Source: an uncultured Streptococcus sp. (GTDB taxonomy: Bacteria > Bacillota > Bacilli > Lactobacillales > Aerococcaceae). Taken from it: a DNA stretch of 64,000 bases. Below are positions 57,635 through 64,000 of this stretch, piece after piece. Under the pieces are notes generated by a model. The model made no database searches. It was not told the origin of the DNA and saw only the letters and a program-made list of their open reading frames with translations. The DNA is taken from the NCBI GenBank assembly GCA_963551375.1, contig CAUVGI010000001.1, forward strand, positions 5,902-69,901, in the 5' to 3' direction. Numbering within the stretch: the stretch's first letter is position 1; each line of letters starts with the position of its first letter. Position numbers and translations under genes: made by a program.

Positions 57635-58578
57635 TACGCTTCCCCTCCTTCATCAGTAATACGAATACGAGGATCAATCCATCCGTATAGCAAGTCTACA
57701 ATTAAAATCACAAATACGAGTAATGCAGAGTAAAGCATTGTTACTCCCATAATTGTTGGGTAGTCATTCGTTAAAATTGATTTTACAAACTGTTCCCCAA
57801 TCCCAGGAATCGCGAAGATGTTTTCGATTACCATCGACCCTGTCATGAGTCCAACGAGCATTGGTCCAAGGATAGTCACCAGTGGAATAATCGCATTTCT
57901 AAATCCATGCTTGAACGCGACTTCGAAACGGCTTAAGCCCTTCGCACGCGCCAATTCAATATAATCGGAATGCAATACTTCTACCATTTCTGTTCTGACA
58001 AAACGCGCCGAATCGGCAATTGGTGAAATCGCCAGCGCCATTGTTGGAAGAATGGATGAGACAAACCCTTGATTCCATAGCGCAATCGGTAGAATTGGGA
58101 AAATCACCCCAAAGACTAATTGAAGCACTACTGCGAACACGAAACTCGGTACCGAGCGTCCAATAATCGCAAAGAATGTTGCAAGTGTGTCCACCCATGT
58201 ATTTTGTTTCATGGCCGCAATCATCCCTAGTAGCGAACCTACCACTGTCCCGAAGATTAAAGCTTGGAACCCTAATTGGAAACTTGGCCCTACACGAGAG
58301 AAAATCAAGTTTGCGACTGTTGAGTTATATTGGAACGATTGTCCAAAGTCTAAACGGAATAACCCTGTAATATAAATCAAATATTGAACAAATACAGGCT
58401 TGTCGAGGCCGTACTTGGCATTCATAAGTTCTAGTTGAGCCTGCGTTAACTGTTCTTCATTGGCATATGGAGACCCAGGTAATAGTTTCATTAGAAAGAA
58501 TGTAATCGTCGCAATCAGGAATAAAGTTAGGAACATGTAGAAAACACGTTTCCCGATATATTTTAAATAGTTTTTCAA
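57634..58578 (-). CDS. Peptide ABC transporter permease (OppB/DppB type), second system
   Basis: 314 aa with EAA loop DYIELARAKGLSR. TTG start 5 nt after GGAGGTG. Confidence 0.88.
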   Translation of the reverse strand: MKNYLKYIGKRVFYMFLTLFLIATITFFLMKLLPGSPYANEEQLTQAQLELMNAKYGLDKPVFVQYLIYITGLFRLDFGQSFQYNSTVANLIFSRVGPSFQLGFQALIFGTVVGSLLGMIAAMKQNTWVDTLATFFAIIGRSVPSFVFAVVLQLVFGVIFPILPIALWNQGFVSSILPTMALAISPIADSARFVRTEMVEVLHSDYIELARAKGLSRFEVAFKHGFRNAIIPLVTILGPMLVGLMTGSMVIENIFAIPGIGEQFVKSILTNDYPTIMGVTMLYSALLVFVILIVDLLYGWIDPRIRITDEGGEA

Positions 58579-58723
58579 CTCTGCACCTCCATCGATATCT
58601 TAATTCTGTTTCATCATACTATCTATAGAATTAAAGTTTCAACTAATTAGTTTCAGGCTAGCCATTGCGCATTGCCAAAAGTTCTGCTACAGTGAAAAGA
58701 ACGACATGAAAAGGAGGAAGTTT

Positions 58724-59044
58724 ATGTCATTCGACTATAAAAAAATAGGACTCATTTCTGGAATCCTACTATTATTATGTATAGGCTATGTAACACTGAC
58801 GGGCCCCTTTAGTCTACTTGCCCTTAGCAACGCTCTTTTTATGTGTGCACTTGTTTGTTTAATGATCGGTATTTTTGCGTATTTAAGTCGCACCGACTTC
58901 TTCACTCTTTTTCTGAAGAGCTTCACTCCTAATAAGGAGCATTCAAAGCAATCCATCTTTACCGCATCATCGACAGTCCTCTTTTTAGAAGTAGCCGCAC
59001 TTCTTGGGATTCTATCTATAATATTTGGAATCTTCCTATTATAA
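58724..59044 (+). CDS. Small membrane protein, unknown function
   Basis: Three hydrophobic helices. ATG 58724 lies 6 nt after AAGGAGG. Confidence 0.55.
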   Translation: MSFDYKKIGLISGILLLLCIGYVTLTGPFSLLALSNALFMCALVCLMIGIFAYLSRTDFFTLFLKSFTPNKEHSKQSIFTASSTVLFLEVAALLGILSIIFGIFLL

Positions 59045-59053
59045 TTATAAAAT

Positions 59054-59092
59054 GAAAAGCCGTGTCCTCCTAGAAGGGCACGGCTTCTTTTT
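59054..59092. terminator. Bidirectional terminator
   Basis: Stem GCCGTGTCC/GGGCACGGC, with an A-run 5' and a T-run 3'. It serves both the 58724 gene (+) and ylbG (-). Confidence 0.8.
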
Positions 59093-59094
59093 GA

Positions 59095-59391
59095 TTATAG
59101 TTCTGCAGCTTTTTTCTCTGCTTTTTCTTTTTCGATTTCCTCACGTAATTCAGGAAGAATCTGCGTGAAATCCATACGAAGTTCTTGTCGCAACGATGGC
59201 TCCACTTTACGAACGAAGTGGAATGTCGATAAGCGTTCCATTACGCTTTCGGCTTCATCTTTAGCAACATATAAATAGATGTATTTTAAGCGTTTTGAAA
59301 TATAGTGAATATTCCCAAACTTCTTCAACTGTTTAATTGGTTTCAATGTATACAACCAAACAACGAGTGCTTGTCTTTCTTGTTGCTCCAT
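59095..59391 (-). CDS. UPF0298 protein (YlbG family)
   Basis: 98 aa. LKKFGNIHYISKRLKYIYLYV matches the YlbG/DUF2129 pattern. Confidence 0.75.
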   Translation of the reverse strand: MEQQERQALVVWLYTLKPIKQLKKFGNIHYISKRLKYIYLYVAKDEAESVMERLSTFHFVRKVEPSLRQELRMDFTQILPELREEIEKEKAEKKAAEL

Positions 59392-59403
59392 TGTTTCTCC
59401 CTT

Positions 59404-60624
59404 CTACATAGCTTTTAATTCGATAATTTTTTCTTCTTCCTCTTCTGGAAGACCTTCTCTTGTTGGTGGCGGCGTTTGTTCGCGACTTTCTTTATCACGT
59501 CGGATGGCCCATAGTACTAAACCAATTCCGGCACTGGAAGCAAAGAAGCTCGACCCACCGTAACTGATCAGCGGTAATGGCACCCCTGTTAAAGGCGCTA
59601 CCCCAACGAGCGCTCCGATATTAATTCCTGATTGAATCAAGAATAAAATCGCCACACCGTAACATAAATATTTTCCAAAAAGATTACGACATTTATTTCC
59701 TTTGCGAATAATCGCGATGATTAAGCCAAATATCGCAAGAAGGAGAATAAAGATTGTAATAAATCCTAACTCTTCTCCGACAATCGCTAAAATAAAGTCG
59801 GTATGGGCTTCTGGTAGGAACCCCGTTTTTTGAACAGAATTCGATAACCCTGTTCCAATCCAACTACCTCTTGATAAACCAAGATACCCTTGAATCGATT
59901 GATAACCAGCACCTGTTGGATCACTCCATGGATTATGGAATGATGTAAAACGGCTTAATTGGTACGCTTTTAATCCGAATTTCTCAAAAATCGAAGCGTC
60001 TAAATAAGTGAGGCTATATAGTCCAGCAAAGACTACGCCCCAAATCGCTAGTGCGCGGTTCGAGACACCGGTCATAAGGCCAAGTAGGACAGCAACTCCA
60101 GCAATAATAATGGACGTTCCTAAGTCCGGTTGAAGCATGACCATTCCGATGAAGAAAGCTGTAATTCCAGCAGGAATGAGATAGAATCTCCAATCGCGTT
60201 TACTACGTTCGTTCTTACTATAAATATAAGCCGATGTCCAAATCACAAATAATTTTACTAATTCGGATGGTTGTAAGCTAAAGAGTTTTAAGTTAATCCA
60301 ACTCTTCGCCCCGTTTACACCGGTTGTAAATAATACAATCACGAGCAGGATAAAAATTACACCTGCTACTCCCATCATGACTTTTTGATTCTTCAAGAAT
60401 TTCTCAGGAAGAACGGAAATCCCTAGCGCCATCAAAATACCGATGATGATGAAGACAAATTGCTTCACCATAAACGCTTCTGAGTTTCCTTGATTGGCAA
60501 GAGCGTAATAACTACTTGCACTATAAATCATGACGAGTCCGAAAATTGAAAGTACCGAATACAACCCCATAATGAGCGGGTCCACATTGAGAAGGTGCTT
60601 CATTTTTTCATGAAAGTTTAACAC
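59404..60624 (-). CDS. ftsW: SEDS-family peptidoglycan polymerase (FtsW/RodA)
   Basis: 406 aa, about ten TM segments. Motifs QPSELVK and GVPLPLISYGGSS. It follows ylaN, as ftsW does in Bacillus. Confidence 0.8.
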   Translation of the reverse strand: MLNFHEKMKHLLNVDPLIMGLYSVLSIFGLVMIYSASSYYALANQGNSEAFMVKQFVFIIIGILMALGISVLPEKFLKNQKVMMGVAGVIFILLVIVLFTTGVNGAKSWINLKLFSLQPSELVKLFVIWTSAYIYSKNERSKRDWRFYLIPAGITAFFIGMVMLQPDLGTSIIIAGVAVLLGLMTGVSNRALAIWGVVFAGLYSLTYLDASIFEKFGLKAYQLSRFTSFHNPWSDPTGAGYQSIQGYLGLSRGSWIGTGLSNSVQKTGFLPEAHTDFILAIVGEELGFITIFILLLAIFGLIIAIIRKGNKCRNLFGKYLCYGVAILFLIQSGINIGALVGVAPLTGVPLPLISYGGSSFFASSAGIGLVLWAIRRDKESREQTPPPTREGLPEEEEEKIIELKAM

Positions 60625-60636
60625 GTCAAGCCTCCT

Positions 60637-60909
60637 CTAATTTTGGCGCGACTCTTCGTACACTTGCGTATACATGTCGTTTAATGCGTATTCTAAATCA
60701 GCCATAATTTTATGGCCTTCGTTCGCGTGAATTAATCCAAGTGAAACTGCGAAATCCACTTGCTTCGATAAACCGAATAATTGTGTATCGATAATTTCTT
60801 CGAATGCTGGGCATTTTGCCAAGCAAAGATGTGTTTTTTGTTTTGAAATGAGTTGATAAATTTGGTTGGCATTTTCTGTCAACTGAACTAAAGCAGGATT
60901 TTGAGTCAT
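60637..60909 (-). CDS. UPF0358 protein (YlaN family)
   Basis: 90 aa. CPAFEEIIDTQLFGLSKQVDFAV is typical of YlaN. Confidence 0.75.
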   Translation of the reverse strand: MTQNPALVQLTENANQIYQLISKQKTHLCLAKCPAFEEIIDTQLFGLSKQVDFAVSLGLIHANEGHKIMADLEYALNDMYTQVYEESRQN

Positions 60910-61032
60910 CTCACACTCCCCTTTCTATATTCCATGCTCAAAGCATATACTCTTTTAGTATACTTGCATCCACAAAAAAATACCACTAATGCAAGTGGAA
61001 TTTACTGAAAATTTAGAGTTCGCTTGAATGGG

Positions 61033-61224
61033 AAGATGATTCCTCTTCGACTATCGGATATCTTCATAATCACTGTAACGTTGCACCGGTTCGAGCCGTA
61101 CCGTCTCTCACCTTTAAAGCCTCAAAGGAGGTGTACGGAATGAATTCCTACACCTCCTAATTCGTTTTAATGCGTATCACGTTACTGTGATTATAGAATC
61201 CGTTAGTCTTTGCGGAATCATCTT
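61033..61224 (+). repeat. Hairpin repeat copy G (subfamily II)
   Basis: Outer arms AAGATGATTCC/GGAATCATCTT. P1 is ATAATCACTGTAACGT paired with ACGTTACTGTGATTAT. The core carries GGTTCGAGCCGTACCGTCTCTCACC, CAAA, GGAGGTGTACGGAA..TTCCTACACCTCC and TAATTC. Confidence 0.93.
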
Positions 61225-61331
61225 TATGCAGCCACTTATTTTCTACTTTCCACTTAGTTAGTAGTTTTTTGTGTGCACGTAACTAAAAGAGAATGCTACA
61301 TTTCATCTAGCAAAAGCAGTGCACAAAAAAA

Positions 61332-61472
61332 GCTATTACGAAGTTCTGCACGGAATCTATAGTAGCGATAATAGCGAGTGTAACTGAGCCTCACAGGGAG
61401 TGAGACTACAGGTTCACCCCGGTACAGCTATGGTCACTACTATGAGGAGTTCCGTCAGAACAGAGTAATAGC
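61332..61472 (-). repeat. Degenerate hairpin repeat copy H (arms kept, core truncated), acting as the tex terminator
   Basis: Arms GCTATTACGAAGTTCTGCACGGAATCTATAGTAGCGATAATAGC and GCTATGGTCACTACTATGAGGAGTTCCGTCAGAACAGAGTAATAGC. On the minus strand the hairpin begins 9 nt after the tex stop and is followed by U7 (61325-61331). Confidence 0.8.
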
Positions 61473-61480
61473 GTTTCTAC

Positions 61481-63676
61481 TTATTTATTTTCCGGTCCAA
61501 TCATAGAGAGGCCGACACGACCTTTTTTAAGATCAAGCTCCGTCACCCAAACCGTCACGATATCTCCAACCGCAACGACATCACTTGGATGTTTCACGAA
61601 GCCTTTTTTCAATTTCGAAATATGCACAAGGCCGTCTTGTTTCACACCGATATCAACGAATGCACCGAAGTCCACTACATTACGAACGGTTCCTTCGAGT
61701 TCCATTCCTACTTGCAAGTCTTCCATCTTCAAGACATCGCTACGTAAGATTGGTCCTGCGACTTCTTCACGTGGGTCACGTCCTGGTTTCAACAATCCAT
61801 CCAGCACTAATTCCAGCGTTTCTTGTCCGACGCCAAATTCTTCTTTCAACTCTTTCGCATTCAGTCCTTTAAGGGCTTCTTCCAATTCTGGTGAACCAAG
61901 CGCTAATTTTTCAGCATTGGCTTTTTTCAAAATGGCTTTAGCAACATCATAAGACTCTGGGTGAATGTCAGTGCCGTCAAATGGATTCGTTCCATCAATG
62001 ATTCGTAAGAACCCAACAGCCTGCTCGTAAGCTTTTGGCCCTAAGCGAGGTACTTTCTTCAATTGCGTACGGTTTGTGAACTTACCGTTTTCGTCACGGA
62101 AAGCGACCACGTTGGCTGCTGTTGTTTTCGTTAATCCGGCAATGTGTTCTAAAAGAGCTGCACTCGCCGTATTCACATTTACCCCAACCTTGTTCACGGC
62201 TGTTTCAACGACAAAGTCTAACTGCTCATCTAATTGTTTTTCCGGAACGTCGTGTTGGTATTGTCCAACCCCAACGGCTTTTGGATCGATTTTAACGAGT
62301 TCTGCAAGTGGGTCTTGCAAGCGACGAGCGATGCTGACTGCGGAACGCTCTTCTACTTGGTAATCTGGAAATTCAAGGCGTGCGATATCGCTGGCAGAAT
62401 ACACAGAGGCTCCTGCTTCGCTGACGATAGTATACACAACTTTGCGTGGGATTTGTCGTAATTGTTCCGCTACAAATTGTTCAGACTCACGGCTCGCCGT
62501 TCCGTTTCCAATCGCCACAAGTGTCACTCCGTATTGTTCCACGATGCGACGGAATTGTCCGCCTGCTTGAGCACGTTTAGCTTCTGAGGCTCCTACGTGA
62601 GGATAAATTACAGACTTACCAAGCACTTTTCCTGTTTCATCGATTACCGCTAATTTACATCCTGTACGGTACGCAGGGTCAAGACCTAAGATGACTTGGC
62701 CTTTCATTGGCGCTTGTAATAATAAGTTCTTCAAGTTTTCCCCGAAGATCGCAATCGCTTGTGTTTGCGCCTTTTCACTTAATTCATTACGGATTTCGCG
62801 TTCGATGGCTGGTCCGATGAATCGTTTGTAGCTTTCTTCAATCGCGCCTTCGACAATCGGTGCAGATAGTGACGACGGATTTTTGATTTTCTCTTCTTTA
62901 ATCTTTGTAAGAGGGTTCGTCACGTCGACTTCAATCGTCACACGCACTACGTCTTCTTTTTCTGCACGGTTTAAGGCAAGCACACGGTGAGGAACAATCG
63001 ATTTCACTGGCTCTTCGTAGTCATAGTACATTTCGTAGACTTTCTTCTCGTCGAGCTCTTCTTTCTTCACAACAGACTTCACGATACCGTTCTTTTGCGT
63101 AAATTGACGCAATTGTTTACGGTATTTTGCTTCATCGGAAATCCATTCAGCGATAATTTCTACGGCACCATTAATCGCATCTTCGACTGTTAGAATCGCT
63201 TTTTCTTCATTGATAAAAGTCGCTGCTTTTTCCTCTACAGAATCCTTCGTCGTCATGAGTAACCATAATGCAAATGGCTCTAATCCGGCTTCTTTAGCAA
63301 TTGTTGCCTTCGTGCGGCGTTTTTGTTTATACGGACGATAAATATCTTCTAATGCCGTTAAAGTTGTCGCCTTGCTTAATGCAGCCGTAATCTCTGGCGT
63401 CAGTTTGCCTTGTTCGTCAATGAGACGGCTAATTTCTTCTTTACGTTTTTCGAAGTTTTCCAAATAACGTTGGCGTTCTTCGATTTCACGGATTTGCACC
63501 TCATCTAACGAACCGGTTTGGTCTTTACGATAACGCGCAATAAACGGTACCGTATTCCCATCTTGTAAGAGACCTAATACCGTATCGATTTGTTTTGGTT
63601 TATATTGAGTGAGTTCTGCCTTCACAAGCGCTACGGAACGCTCGTATGCAGTAATTTCAGTTGTTTGTTCTGTCAT
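61481..63676 (-). CDS. tex: Tex-like transcription accessory protein (S1 domain)
   Basis: 731 aa from ATG 63676. YqgF/RuvC-like and HhH regions, with a C-terminal S1 domain (GTVRNVVDFGAFVDIG). Confidence 0.92.
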   Translation of the reverse strand: MTEQTTEITAYERSVALVKAELTQYKPKQIDTVLGLLQDGNTVPFIARYRKDQTGSLDEVQIREIEERQRYLENFEKRKEEISRLIDEQGKLTPEITAALSKATTLTALEDIYRPYKQKRRTKATIAKEAGLEPFALWLLMTTKDSVEEKAATFINEEKAILTVEDAINGAVEIIAEWISDEAKYRKQLRQFTQKNGIVKSVVKKEELDEKKVYEMYYDYEEPVKSIVPHRVLALNRAEKEDVVRVTIEVDVTNPLTKIKEEKIKNPSSLSAPIVEGAIEESYKRFIGPAIEREIRNELSEKAQTQAIAIFGENLKNLLLQAPMKGQVILGLDPAYRTGCKLAVIDETGKVLGKSVIYPHVGASEAKRAQAGGQFRRIVEQYGVTLVAIGNGTASRESEQFVAEQLRQIPRKVVYTIVSEAGASVYSASDIARLEFPDYQVEERSAVSIARRLQDPLAELVKIDPKAVGVGQYQHDVPEKQLDEQLDFVVETAVNKVGVNVNTASAALLEHIAGLTKTTAANVVAFRDENGKFTNRTQLKKVPRLGPKAYEQAVGFLRIIDGTNPFDGTDIHPESYDVAKAILKKANAEKLALGSPELEEALKGLNAKELKEEFGVGQETLELVLDGLLKPGRDPREEVAGPILRSDVLKMEDLQVGMELEGTVRNVVDFGAFVDIGVKQDGLVHISKLKKGFVKHPSDVVAVGDIVTVWVTELDLKKGRVGLSMIGPENK

Positions 63677-63712
63677 AGTCAACTCCCTTTCTGTCTCCTC
63701 TATCCTATCATG

Positions 63713-63752
63713 AAATAAAAGGAAAAGCACCTAAGCAAAAATACTTAGGTGC
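63713..63752 (-). terminator. Terminator of the upstream permease gene
   Basis: Stem GCACCTAAG/CTTAGGTGC followed by a U-rich run on the minus strand. It lies upstream of the corrected tex start. Confidence 0.8.
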
Positions 63753-63805
63753 CCTATTACGGCTAAAGTTCAATAAAATTGTTCAATATCAGCTGATTGT
63801 TACTC

Positions 63806-64000
63806 TTATAGAAGAGCTAAGATAATGAAGTTAAGGATGAATAAACCCGTAGCGACCCATAAAATTGGGTGAATATCTTTTGCTTTACCAGTAATCACTT
63901 TCACTAAGCAGTAGAAGATGAATCCTGCTGCAATTCCGTAAGAAATACTGTAGCAAAGAGCCATGAAGATGCCGGCAAAGAACGCTGGAATAGCTTCGTC
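63806..64000 (-). CDS. NCS2/AzgA-type purine permease, C-terminal 64 aa (5' part outside the window)
   Basis: My translation reads DEAIPAFFAGIFMALCYSISYGIAAGFIFYCLVKVITGKAKDIHPILWVATGLFILNFIILALL*. This is the typical C-terminus of adenine/guanine/hypoxanthine permeases. Confidence 0.7.
   Translation of the reverse strand, partial: DEAIPAFFAGIFMALCYSISYGIAAGFIFYCLVKVITGKAKDIHPILWVATGLFILNFIILALL

Overview
This 64-kb chromosomal window comes from a low-GC Gram-positive bacterium. Gene content and yla/ylb-type synteny look like Bacilli, probably Lactobacillales; that placement is inference.

I call 59 protein genes, 54 of them on the minus strand, and almost all are housekeeping:
- Cell shape, wall and division: mreB-mreC, murF-ddl, ftsW.
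- Translation, RNA and chaperones: valS behind a T-box leader, cshA, rpsT, rsmD, tex, a csp gene, groES-groEL with a CIRCE operator.
- DNA and competence: radC, uvrB, holA-comEC-comEA.
- Metabolism and regulation: folC, lplA, asd, coaD, acpP, rex, lemA-htpX.
- Transport: an ABC-F ATPase, a heterodimeric ABC exporter, and two Opp/Dpp-type peptide ABC systems with three tandem oppA paralogs.

I found no rRNA, tRNA, CRISPR array, IS element or phage gene.

The most unusual signal is non-coding. Eight intergenic copies of a 140-350 bp hairpin repeat share one asymmetric core of about 95 nt. Four helices of that core show compensatory base changes between copies, and its unpaired motifs are conserved. 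This points to a selected RNA or ssDNA fold that I cannot assign to a named family. One degenerate copy followed by a U-run appears to serve as the tex terminator.

Other points worth a second look:
- A double pair of tandem palindromic operators lies in the ABC-exporter promoter, with no regulator gene nearby.
- A GC-rich structured leader precedes acpP.
- An AT-rich relBE islet lies next to a membrane protein with an L7/L12-CTD-like domain.
- Three CPBP (Abi-like) protease genes are present, two of them clearly AT-rich.
- An orphan SMI1/KNR4 immunity-like gene is present.

All calls rest on reading the sequence and the supplied translations. No database search was run.
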